Positions 1 through 12,126 of a stretch of DNA of 64,000 nt are shown here, piece by piece (the first letter of the stretch is position 1; each line of letters opens with the position of its first letter). The DNA is taken from assembly GCA_965113315.1 (NCBI GenBank), contig OZ220368.1. One strand, written 5' to 3'. The notes under the pieces are model-generated. The model saw only the letters and a program-made list of their open reading frames with translations. It had not been told where the DNA came from and made no database searches. Origin of the DNA: Podarcis vaucheri (taxonomy: Eukaryota). The position numbers and the translations under genes are program-made.

Positions 1-753
1 TTTTGTTTGGTTCAGTTTGACCTACTGCTCCACTGAAAACTAGTATGCCTGCCTGCTTACTGAGAGGGCTTATAAAGGAATAACATTTTGTATTATTTAA
101 TGTTTATTTAATGTTTATATAATGCAGGGTCGTGCATCTGTATGTCCACAAGTACTTTTGCCTCTTCATCGTCAAAAGGGAAAGTATTTTTAAAGTCATG
201 TGAGTGGTTCTCTGCTGTATTTTCTGTTTTGCTTTGTAGAGAGGAAGTAGCATTTTTCACTGAGGTGGGCTGAGATCATCTGATGGATGGAGCAAATGGT
301 TTTAGGATGATGTTTACTGTTATGTTTAGTTAACCAGTTGGGGTAGTACCTTGATTGGGATGATTTGGTGCCATCTGCACCCTGCCCCAGCTAGTGAATT
401 GTAAGTGTGCAAGTCATTCAGTGCTAGCAGGCAGTGAAACCATCAGCTCTAGTTTGGTTGCCTTGGCAATGTTAGTGTGCTCTCTCTTCTCTCCCCACCC
501 CCCAAAGAAAGAAAGAAAGTGCAAGGTCATGGCTTGGTTTTCCCTCAATAAAGTTGCCATGAAGCCAAATCTGATTGGCTATTTGATGCTGCAGTGTCAT
601 GTTCATTACATGATCCCTGATTGACTGGGATCACACAGCAAAGAAAGATGTGATGGGCTTAGTAACAGATGGGTAGCCGTGTTGGTCTGCCATAGTCAAA
701 ATAAAAAAAATTCCTTCCTGTAGCACCTTAAAGACCAACTAAGTTAGTTCTTG

Positions 754-791
754 GTATAAGCTTTCGTGTGCATGCACACTTCTTCAGATAC
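754..791 (-). ncRNA. Minimal hammerhead motif, identical copy on the opposite strand
   Basis: Exact reverse complement of 801-838. Confidence 0.75.
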
Positions 792-800
792 TTCTTCTGT

Positions 801-838
801 GTATCTGAAGAAGTGTGCATGCACACGAAAGCTTATAC
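801..838 (+). ncRNA. Minimal type I hammerhead ribozyme motif (Penelope type)
   Basis: GUAU-CUGAAGA-A-GUGUG(CAUG)CACAC-GAAA-GC-U-U-AUAC: stem I GUAU/AUAC, core CUGAnGA and GAAA, stem II, palindromic AGCU in place of stem III. Confidence 0.75.
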
Positions 839-3800
839 CAAGAACTAACTTAGTTGGTCTTTAAGGTGCTACAGGAAGGAATTTTTTTTATATGGGCTTA
901 GTAAATAAACAAAAGTGGTGCCAAAGCAGCAGCTCAAGGAAATAATGGCTGTTAACAGGTAACATTTCATTTCCCCTTTCCCTCACTTCCAAGCTTTCTT
1001 TCCACTACTGTCTAGTGTGTTTAGGTGATACAAGGCCATTTCATAGTGACTCATGATTTGATGTAAGCTGCAGTCGGCCAGCTAGTGATAAGAACAGTTT
1101 GCCCCCCCTTTAATCCATATTTGTGAGATCAGAACATATGTTAATTTCAACTGTTCAATGATAAACTTTTAGAAATGCACAAGTATAATGGGTCAATGAG
1201 GAACTAACTGAACATAAATATCTTAGTGGCCAAACCCCGCAAGGGAGATTGCAGTCTAAACAGTAAATCAGAATTTACAGAGTTTCCAAGAGCCATCTTT
1301 AGCTCAAACAAAGCTACATACAAATTCAAGTATTTGCATAAGAGCAAAGAGTACATTTGTACCTTCAGGCATTTTTGGGGGGTAGCCCACTGGATTTTGT
1401 TCATTTTCCTAGTTGCACTGTCAGCATGAAGTGTGGAAATTACAATATATACTTGACATGTAATTCATGTTAACTGTTCTATTAATTTCATTGCAGAATA
1501 ATTGTGCAAACCAGACAGTGTTGTTGGCATCTGCATCACTCTCTTCTTAGTTGTTTTTTAATGAGAGCATAAGCTCCTAAGAGAAGAGCTATTTTGTATT
1601 TTGAAAATAAAGTCTTATGAAGATCAGCACAGGTCTTTTTCATTCATTTTACAAATTTGGCTGAAACTGATTGTTGTCTTAACAGACTTTAAATCTGCTG
1701 CCTTAGTAGGGTTCTTACAGCCTATGTCATGAAAAATGAATATATAGTGTTATATATCTTTTCTCTCCCTCCCCATCTCTTATGGAGTGTTACATATATC
1801 TTAAAGAGAGCTTTAAATTGCACATTCAGATCATGACACTTTAATTCTACTTGATTTGACAGGAACAGCAGCATAGCTAGCATAATTTTCTTTTGGCATG
1901 ATGATTAGTTGGGATATTTAGCTATGTAAGTGTTGAAATGTGTCTTGTCCTCATTAAGATACATACAACCTAGAAGTTGTTTTACACTATTTTTAATGTA
2001 GAAGAGTGGGTAATACATTTAAATAATAATACTGTAGTATAGGGGTTCATTTCTGTGATAGTTGTTGCTATGTGAATGGTGCCATGGACCCCTGGGTGGG
2101 TTATGCAGCCCTCCTGGGGTTCATGGACTTCCAGTTGTGGGAACTACTGCTGTAGTTCATCATCATCATTTCAGTTAGTTGGGTGAAATTTAATTCCCAA
2201 GGTAGCATGTGTAGGGTTGCAGTTTGGTGGGATAGTGGTTTTTCTTTTTCATTGTTGTAAATTTTCCAAAGGCAACAATGGACTGATAAACTGTTTACAA
2301 TTGGGTAGTCAGAATTAATGACAGAAAATGCTCCTTCCTCATATCCTTGGTGATTTGTGTTAGGAATGTGTGGTTTGTTGGATGGGGGTAATTTTCAACC
2401 AGTGGATTCATCTGGACTTGGTAGGATCTGGAAGGTCTGAGCAGTTACCAAACTTCTTCAAAACGTGTAACTTTGGCTGCCTCTTACGTTACATTATAAT
2501 GGTGGTGTTGCACTTCTGTGACTCCCACCTAGACAATACCCTAGAAATAACTTATCATAAGAGTTCTATAATGTATCTACACTTATAGTGATTTAAAGTA
2601 TCCTGGTTCTGGTTCCCTTCCAGCAACTTTTTGAACTTTGGCAAGGCATTGGGTGTTTCTCTCAGATTTACACATAGAAATGTAATGCATGAACTGTGTG
2701 TCTTGTATTCATATTAACATGATACCTTCTGATTTTATTACTAGATGTTTCACAGATTTTGAGTCTCGACAAAATTAGAAGTTTGTCTAGATACACATTG
2801 TACACTAGATAATGTAAAGTGCAAGTATGACAAGTGGTGCTTGAAAATATGTGCATCTTGTAGGCTCACTCATCAAAGAACTAGGAGAGGCTACAACCCT
2901 TGACTGAGGGCACATTTGGTTATAAACCCAGGTCTATTACTGTGTAATGTGTGAAACAGGCCTTTGCCTAACAAATGAGAGCCCATTTCACTCCCATAAT
3001 TATATAACTCATTCAATTTTCTTTGTGTTATTTTGAGGGTCACTTAATGCAACACAATTTAAATGGGTGCTTGTTGCAGACCTGCTTTATGTGCCTTTTG
3101 AAACGAACATGTTGTCAGCCTCTGTACAAGGTGACAAATAAGATGCACCAGTGACACATGATGCAGGGAGCTGCAACTGGCCCAACTTGCATGTTTTGAC
3201 AAATGAACGTGAAGATGCGTATTCACTTCAGATATGATATTGGCAAGTATACAAAGCAGCTTTATAAGAAATACACTTAAAAACAAAACATATAAAGCAA
3301 CCCTTTTCAAGATCTTTTCTGGTCAACAAATCACTAGGCCCTAAATGGGCAAATTTCAAAATTTCAAAATTCACATAATTCGACTAATGAGGCTCCCCTG
3401 ATCACAATGGACCTACTTAAAAACCCCCACTAGTACTCTAGAATGCTCACATCCAATATTTGCTGTTTTGAAAACTAGACCTTTTTGGTTTTATGAATAT
3501 ATTGAGTAGTGAAGTAAAGAGAACAATCTTTGTGGTTCTGATACCCCAGAGAAACAAGTAAGCAAAGTTTGTGCTGTTTGGTGAAATGTCAGCGTCAGGG
3601 TTTCCCATCAGATGGAAATGAAAGAGCAAAGATAAGGTATGCAAGGGAGCACAAGAGAAAAACAGCAAAGAGGCAGTAAGGAGGCTTTCAGAAACCTCTA
3701 AAAGCTTTATCACAAACATGCAGTGAAAATATTTTGTCTCTTCCAAACACTCCTTAGATAAAGGCCAAGTTGCCGTATGTTCTTGTGAAGAATGTATATT

Positions 3801-5748
3801 CTAGGAACCACCTACTTTTAAGCTTTTTAAGTTGTAATCTCAGATTTAAGTTGTATCTGCATTCCCCCCCTTCTTTCCCTCCCCCTTTGATAGGCTTGTA
3901 AGCACAGTGTATATATTGAAATGGTGTATATATTGGAGCGCGTGTATGGTGTAGTGAATTTTTTTATTTTTGGTCACAGATGTTTGGACTGTTTATGTAC
4001 AGCTGCATGTAGCTAAGGAGAAACTTGAACAAAACATGCATAATCTGTGTATTCGCCAAAGAAATATGATTAGAGACCCTTGCTGGGGCCTGTTTTTGAT
4101 GCATTTATTTCCATGAGACTTGATAGCTTTATTTCCAAAAGTAGTTAGCTCTTGCATAGTTTGAGAGGTGAGCTAAAAAATGGTATCAGAAATAATTCCC
4201 TGAAAAGATGGTTTTATTATTAATGTAGAGCACTTGTGACTAGCCCTTCATTCAAAAGGTCTCAAATGTAAAAGCAAAATAGAAAAAAATAGTCAGACGC
4301 AGAGTAGTATTCTACTAACTCATCCTGTTAGTGCAAGGGTTACCACTAGCACAGTAGGACTCCCCCCTCCTGTCCCTGTGTTTCCTCCACACCCTCCCCA
4401 GATCTGCTCCAGAGGATTGGGGTAACCCCTAGTACAGATTAAGAGGTTGCACAGAGGAAGGGGAGCAGACAAGGTTCTGTTGTGCAAACATAAACTATGT
4501 GCAAGCAGAACTACTTAGTGCAACATTGAATACAACCCTTGTTTTTAAAGTAGAATATCATCAAAACAGTGACTCATGTATTGCTGCAAAGAATTAAACA
4601 TTTCATTATCAAACTGCCAAAGACAGGGTAAATAAAAATGTCTTCACTTGACATCAAAACCAGTAATGGTGGTGAGGTGGGGCACTGCAGGAAGGAAGGT
4701 ACCTTTAGTGGGAGATAACTCCAGAGTTGGGACCCTACAACAGATAATGCTCTTCCTTTGTCCCCTCAACCAAGAACCTTGGTGGGGACTGCAAACCAAG
4801 TCACCTTTCCTCCCCCCGGCTGGTAGTAGAGGAGGCGCTCCTGCAGATATTTGCCCATTTAGGGCCTAGTAATTTGTTGACCAGAAAACAATTGGGCAGG
4901 ACGAAAATCTGGAGTTGCGTGTTCACTAGAGTTAGCACATGTTGGGGCACAAGCTTGACTATAGGCAAGAGGGGCCACCATTACAGAACTGCATAGCACC
5001 TGTCAAAGGAAAGCATTTGCTCATCTAGTTAAAATTATATGGATACGAACATCTGGTAGAAAACAGTATTGCAAATACTAAAAAAATATAAACTTGTCTG
5101 TCTGTCAGTCTCTGCAGCATAGTACGTTGTTTTCATGAGAGGACAAGGCAATTCATTTCCCTAATTCATGCCCTTGAGAATATAATCAACCTTTTCTCTT
5201 TAAATAGCAAACTCCTAAGAAAGAAGTTGTCTACGGTTCCTTATTGAGGTGTGTGAACATTTCTGTCGTCATGACATTGAATGCTTGTTAAGGCTACAAA
5301 GCTGTTAAAATTATTTGCCAGAGATTTGCTGTGTTGCGCAGATTTGAGCTACTAGATGACTAAATATAGACCAGTTCCTGCCTCAAGGAAAAGAGAGTGT
5401 ACTTGCAGCCTCACTCAAAGCATCTCACTTAGGTGTATCACATGTCTTGCTAGATCACACCTGATCTCCTTTTCCAAGAGATGCCTGTGTACTTGAATTG
5501 CCCTAGCTAAAGACATGTTGCTGGCTCCCCCCCCCCCACTTATCTTCTTAGAGGAGGAGCCTTCAACTTCTTCAGACCCAGGATCCACTATTGACCCAAA
5601 CATACATTTTTATTTTTTCTTACCATTATATTGGTTTCGTGGTAGGCTTGTTGTTATGCCTTAGATCATGCCATAATCCACACCCACCAGTTGAATTAGA
5701 GGACATTAGCTATTAAAGAACTAGCAAGATCTTGGGAAAGATCTAACC

Positions 5749-5875
5749 CAGGCACCCTCAAATTCTGCCCTCCAGATGTTTTGGGACTACAACTCCCATC
5801 ATCCCTAGCTAACAGGATGATGATGGGAATTGTAGTCCCAAAACATCTGGGGAGGGCCGAGTTTGGGGGTGCCTG
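5749..5875. mobile_element. hAT (Charlie-type) palindromic MITE
   Basis: TIR caggcaccc/gggtgcctg; 8-bp TSD atctaacc (5741-5748, 5876-5883); ggactacaactcccatcatc core. Confidence 0.9.
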
Positions 5876-6324
5876 ATCTAACCATTATGCTAAATATAAT
5901 TACTCTTGGCTGTATGATATTCCTTGTACTTTTCTCCTTTCATTAAAATAGTTAAATCCAATAATGTTCGTATTTAAAATCAATGGACTTTCTCTATCAG
6001 CTTCAGTAGACAATAGCTCTGCATCCTCCAATTCTTCCCATTTTATGTCATTTTCTCCACCTCTCAATCACTGGTTCTTGATATAGTTTAGCATCTTAAG
6101 TAGTTTCCATAGAATAGTTGGGAATCTCACCAGCAGAAGGTTGTTGAATCACAGGTTGGAAATAACAAGTGAGAAAAAGACTTTAGACTCTGCAATGTGG
6201 ATAAAATGGTTTAAAAAATTGTTTTGCCAACTCTCCCTGGAATCTGTTCTGGTTGTTAATCAGCTTCTTTTAAGTTGACTGCTGTTTGCAAAACCAAAAG
6301 TAAAGCTAGTTGTATTTCCCTATA

Positions 6325-6515
6325 CAGTGGTACCTTGGTTTACAACCATAATCCGTTCCGGAAGTCCAAAACAGGTTGTAACCCAAGGCGTGCTTTCGCC
6401 AATGGGGTCTCCCCCCCCCCAAAAAAAAAATTGGTTGTAATCCAAAAAAGGGGACACACACTTCCGGGTTTGACATGATTGTAATCCAAAACGGTTGCAA
6501 ACCAAGATACCACTG
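6325..6515. mobile_element. Tc1/mariner (Tigger/pogo-like) MITE
   Basis: TA TSD; TIR cagtggtaccttggttt/aaaccaagataccactg. Confidence 0.85.
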
Positions 6516-8504
6516 TATCCATGTAGGAATTTAACTCTAGTCCTGCTTTTGTAAACAGCCATATTAACAAAGCACCAGAAACCTATGGCAGAAACAATTC
6601 TTAAGTTTTACTAATGCAAATTACTTGATGAAAAACCGGAATCTCCTGTATGAACAGAGCTCCTGCAGTGGCTTTCCTTTGGAACTGATCCTCATGCACA
6701 GTCATTTGCAGTGGAGTGTCATATGTGCATCGGAGCATACAGAGAATTCTCTGGGAGAGCACGGGTTTTGTAGCATTGCATGGTGAAAATGATTAGTCTT
6801 CTTTTGAAAAAATGTAATTTTATTAATCTAGATTTCCAAGATAGCCTACAAAAGAGAACCATAAAACAAATATAAAACAGATCAAAAACATCAGAAACAA
6901 AAGCAGTTATTGTAACAACAGTAAAAATACAAAAAGCTGTAGATATAAAATCAGTTTAAATCATTCAAAATGATTTGTCATTTTGAAGGAGTCCTATAAT
7001 TTTTAGTTTTCCTTGTACTGTTAATGTCTAGATGGTGTTCTCATATAAGAAACTGAAGAGATGGAAATGTTACCAGGTGAGGTTCTATCTCCCTTTATAA
7101 TAGTAAGGTGTGGGAGCACTCCTAGAGCTCATTCTGGAGCCTAAAATTTGTAATATGGAAAGGTTTGTGCATTGGAAGGCCTAACACTGCGGCACCCTGG
7201 CGTGGGGGTAGCATCTGTAGAAAGGGAAGCATAGATATTTATCTATTTTTATTGCTTTCATGTTCTGTGTATACCTTGCTCCCAAAGTGACATACAATGA
7301 AAATTAAAACCTAGAACATCAGTATACCATGAATTTATTTTCATGATAAACCCGTTTTGTCCCACTGATACAGAGCAGGAACTCAAGAACCATTGATAAA
7401 CCAGCTTTGTAGGTTTTCGCTGATGCTGAGGAAAGCTGCCTATATGGTGTGCTTCTTTTTCTATGAAAAAGGCACAAGCGCCCTCTTCAGCAGATTTTGT
7501 TGAATTAAGTGAACTTGGTGACAATGTGTCGTACAGCTGTCGAGTTGGATGGGATCTTGGAGGTCATCTAGCTCAACCCCCTGTTCAAGGCAGAATCTAC
7601 AGTGCAAGATGCAACTGTTCATATGATTTATTGATCTATTGGCATAAATACACAGTATTCCTGACAGGTGGTGGGGTCAGCTGGTGTCTCCCCATTCCCC
7701 TCTTTAAGGGTTAGTTCTGAAGAGGACTATGAACAGCAACCCATTCAAACATATTGATCATAATTTGTCTCAGAAGTGAGCAAGTGGACAAAATCCGGCA
7801 GTCTCAGGATTTGAGGCATAAAAGTAATGTGTAGAGACTCACATTGGTTGAAAACCTAATGTATGGACTTGCCATTTATTTTATATCTTTCTTTGCTAGT
7901 GAACAGCAATTCTTTCTCAAATTTGATATGTCACTTTAAGCTCACTACTTCTTTCCCTACAAGAAATTGGCATGGCTTAAATTGGACTCTTCATTGACGG
8001 ATATGCATTCCTGGTCAGAGCTTACGTTTCAGTATTTGAACAACAGCCAAAACTTGTTGAAACAGCTGTTTGGTTTCCTCTGAGGTTGCAGTTCCTTGTT
8101 CTAGAGAGAGGCTGTTCAGATATGATGGACAAACATACATTGGCTTTAGGATAGGTTGTACAGTAAATGCAGCTTGTATAATTCCAGGGATATTTTTCCA
8201 GGGATTTGTTAATTTTTAAATGGCAGCTAAAGAAATACTGAATATTGCTAAGCTTTCATTACTTGCATTTCTAACATTTGTTTTACAAGTAAAAGTAAGA
8301 TGTGATGATGCAAAAGTATAGAAAATCCTATTGCAAACTTGCTGTGATGTAATTTTTTCTACTGTCCAATTCAAGAATGCATTGTTTGAGAAATGAAATG
8401 GATACGATACCAGTCAAACTGTGCTGCTTTACACTATCATTTGCAGAACTTCACATCAATGGTCTAAATCTGATTGATGTCAATAGAATTTAAACAGGCT
8501 AACT

Positions 8505-8834
8505 CAGGGGTCTGCAACCCGCGGCTCCGGAGCCGCATGTGGCTCTTTTACACCTTTGCCGCGGCTCCGGGGCGGATACTAGCGAGGGGAGGAGGCGCAT
8601 TGTGCGCCCCGACACTCCCCACTGTGGCAGGCGCTGTACTGGCTGTGACGTCGCATGGGGGCGGTGCCTGCGTTAGTCACGCACCGTCCCGACGTCACCT
8701 TCCCACCCGCTGTCAGATCAAGGCTCTGGAGATATATTTGTTTTAAATGTCGCAATGGTTTTGTGGCTCCCAGTTTTTTTTCTTCGGAAACGGGTCCAAG
8801 TGGCTCTTTTTGTCTTAAAGGTTGCAGATCCCTG
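8505..8834. mobile_element. Non-autonomous hAT (Charlie group) element, CpG-rich and young
   Basis: TIR caggggtctgcaacc/ggttgcagatccctg; perfect 8-bp TSD ggctaact (8497-8504, 8835-8842); subterminal g(t/c)ggctc repeats. Confidence 0.9.
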
Positions 8835-9280
8835 GGCTAACTAAATGGGCCTAGGCAGACTTGGGGTTAAATCCCCATTTTGCTGTGAAGCTCACTGGGT
8901 TTCCTTGGGCTTGTCCCTGTCTTTTAAGCTAACCTACCTTGGAGAGTTGTCATGAGATTAAGATGTGGATGAGTAGGAGAATGAGATATGCTGCTGTAAA
9001 ATTCCTAGGAAGAAAGGCAGGAGATAAATGCAAGAAATTTGTGATGTTGGTCAGAAGTAGTCTTGTACATAACTAGGGTATGCTGGATCAGTTGCTCAGG
9101 AGGACAGGACAGGTAGTTTCTCTTTTTTCGTGCCCTGTGTAAAGGTTTACTTGCTGTTTTTTCAATAACAAGTCTAGTTAATAAGCATGGCAAATGCTCT
9201 TAAAATATGCTACTTTGGGGCAATTACATTTTTAATGCATCGAAGAATCTCCTTCACCCCTTTGTTGTTATTGAAAGAAT

Positions 9281-9446
9281 GGCTGCAGCTCAGTGAGAGA
9301 GCATCTTTTTTGCATGCAGAAGATCCCAGGTTCAGTCTTTGGCATCTCCAGGTACGGGTGGTAATGTTCCCTGTCTGAAACCTTGGAGAACCAGTCAGTG
9401 TAGACAAGAATGAGCTAAATGGACCAGTGTTGTGACTCAGCATAAG
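9281..9446 (+). mobile_element. Old tRNA-derived SINE
   Basis: A-box-like gcagctcagtg and B-box-like ggttcagtct; related degenerate copies on the minus strand at ~52590-52690 and ~58235-58570; boundaries approximate. Confidence 0.65.
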
Positions 9447-9600
9447 TGCTGGTGGTATTTTTGCTTTTTCAGTGTTGCCTGTTCAGAATAACTAAGGGTG
9501 AGAATTGTGGCCAGAGTAATGCTTACTAGCCTTGGAATTGTTTGAATGCCTCGCAGTTTAGTAGCCTGACTAGTGTCCATGCCGAAAATTTTTAAAACTA

Positions 9601-9957
9601 CAGTGGTGCCTCGCAAGACGAATGCCTCGCATGACAAAAAACTTGCTAGACGAAAGGGTTTTTTTGTTTTTTGAGCTGCTTCGCAAGACGATTTTCCCTA
9701 TGGGCTTGCTTCGCAAGACAGAAACGTCTTGCAAGTTTGTTTCCTTTTTCTTAACACCGTTAATACAGTTGCGACTTGACTTCAAGGAGCAACTCATAGA
9801 ACGCGGTGTGGTAGCCTTTTTTGAGGTTTTTAAAGACTTTGGTGATTTTTGAAGCTTTTCCAAAACTTTCCCGACACCGGGCTTCGCAAGACGAAAAAAA
9901 ATCGCAAGACGACAAAACTCGTGGAATGAATTAATTTCGTCTTGCGAGGCACCACTG
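9601..9957. mobile_element. Tigger/pogo-like MITE
   Basis: TA TSD; perfect TIR cagtggtgcctcgcaagacgaa/ttcgtcttgcgaggcaccactg; internal tcgcaagac repeats. Confidence 0.9.
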
Positions 9958-11829
9958 TACACATTGATGATTCAGTAATAAACTCATTAGACTAGTATAG
10001 TGGAAAAACTGGAATTGGGCATGTACCAGTTCTAACGTGTCTAGAAAAGCTCATTTCAAGACAGGTGGTAATTTTACAAATTCTTAGAAGTTTTAAGCAT
10101 GAACAACCTGGAGAACTCCATGTGGTGGTGGTATGAGACTTTATAATACAAGCAATTTGTGCAAAATGGGGAGAATTGTGCTTCTCTTGAAAGGCACGCT
10201 TGGGGATCTGCTCATTTGTTAAATGTAATATTGATAGGGTTGTTTATGCTGTATATAATAATCATATATAGGGTTGAGTACCCGCTCCTATGTAGTCTAA
10301 ACAGCAGCACTCAACACACGTGAGGGAGATACAGACAAGGTTTTCAGAAGTACATAAAGTCTTTAGGAAGAAAATAATGCTAAAATGGGAGAGGTAGCCC
10401 AGTGAGGACTCAGTAGCCATGGAATGTTGGCTAAGAGAGAGAAATCTCACATTCAAGACTGCAGTCATGTGCAGGCTTACCTGGAAGTAAACCGAATTGA
10501 ACACAATGGGACTTTGTTCAAGTAACTGTATGCAGGATTTCATAATCGGGTATTACATTAGGTCAGCTTATTAACAAATGGCCACTTTTGAATCATGTAG
10601 GAAGACTTAATAAGGAGCAGGTAGTGTCTCTGAATAGTTTCAAAATGTACTCTGGACTGTCTGCATAACCTGATCTTTTGACTGGAGATGGCTGGGACTT
10701 GCTCTGAGCTATGCCCCCTCCCATAGTCTGATGTTATAGAATCCAGAGCTCAAAGGAACATCAAAGCAGCCACCGCATCCATGCTGTCTGCCAGTTCAGG
10801 AAATCCAATAGACCTGAATCCCTGAGAGATGGCTATCCAGCCTCTGCTTAAAAACATCTAATAAAGGCGAGTCCAACATGTTCTGAGGTGTCCTGCAGAG
10901 TGGAGATAGGGAGTCTGTGGCCTTCTAGCAGTCATTGCTGGCTGGGATTGCTTGGAGTGCAGCAACCTGTGGAGGCCATGAGTTCCCTATCCATGCTGTA
11001 AGGATTTGTTTCTGCATCACCTGCTAGACATATGTATCATGTGTGCATGTGGGGAGGAGGAGTGGAGATGGTTCAACACCTCACATCTGTTCTGAGGCCC
11101 AGGGGTAGAATGGAAGGTACCCCATCTTCACTTTGCTTTGTACTTTGTTTGGGTCTATTTTTTAGCTTTTCCTTGCATTAGATTCCAGTGTATCTGAAAT
11201 CCAGGTTTGTAGAATAGCTATATCCAACAATATGCAAGAGTAGTTTAAGATTGTTAAAATGAAATTCATATTGTAAATTTCACTTTCATTTATTTGCTCT
11301 ATTATAGGTGAACCAAAACTATTTTCTGCTTTATTTTACTTGCCTTTACACTCCTGATGTATGGGGAAATAAATATTAGTCAGTATAAAACAGTAGATCT
11401 AGTTTTTATAGAGGTATTCCTGGATGAGTTAGAAGTTTACTTGGCCTTTCAGTTCTTGTATAATCATACATGGGGATCCTGTGGCTCTAACTTCTTTCCT
11501 GCATGCTGAATGCAGATACAAGGCTTAGTGAGGATTGACTGACCTCTCAATCTTGACTTCAAAACCTAGAAAGTTCATAATCCTTTTTATGTGTAAATAT
11601 CTGTACACTGAAGGTGGTGTGGTGTAGTGGCTCAGACGGTGGAATTAACCTTCTGCAGTCAATACATGTCAATGTTGAAGAAGTGCTTGTGTCTACAAAC
11701 TTTGCAAATAAACTTCAGAGACAACATGAATGTGCCTCTTCACGCATACAGTATCTGTTTTCATACATTGAATGTGCTTCCTTCCCCTCCAGATTCTCTG
11801 TTGCCATCTGCTTTAGGGGGTGGGGGGTG

Positions 11830-12126
11830 TTTATTAATTAATTAAATTTGTAAAGCACCTTTCGTCCGTGGATTTCAGGGGAGTTCACAGCATAAAAATA
11901 CAAGATAAAAACACAAAATACATAATAAGAACAAAACATAACTCCCCCGCCGACAAAAATGTGTAAAAGGGTATAGGATGTTAATTAACTAAGGGCCTAG
12001 TTGAGGAGGAATGTTTTTGCCTGGCACTGAAAGGTATAAAATGAAGGCATCAGCCGCACCTTCCTGGGAAGAGCATTCCACAAACAGGGAGCTGCTGCAG
12101 AAAAGGCCTGTTCTTATGCTGCCACC
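11830..12126 (-). mobile_element. L2 LINE 3' fragment (degenerate)
   Basis: Similar to 18356-18743 (gcattccaca...aaggccc-like block; AT-rich tail at the left end); boundaries approximate. Confidence 0.6.

Larger units (their letters stand above)
666..891. mobile_element. Penelope-like retroelement terminal fragment (inverted pseudo-LTR pair)
   Basis: gggtagccgtgttggtctg and tagcaccttaaagac motifs typical of squamate Penelope-like ends; perfect inverted arms 701-791 and 801-891; 13-bp direct repeat atgggcttagtaa at 653-665 and 892-904 (TSD). Confidence 0.85.

Noticed and set aside
9601-9957. CRISPR-like spaced repeats
   Set aside because: Short motifs with irregular spacing inside a TA-flanked TIR element in a vertebrate intron.
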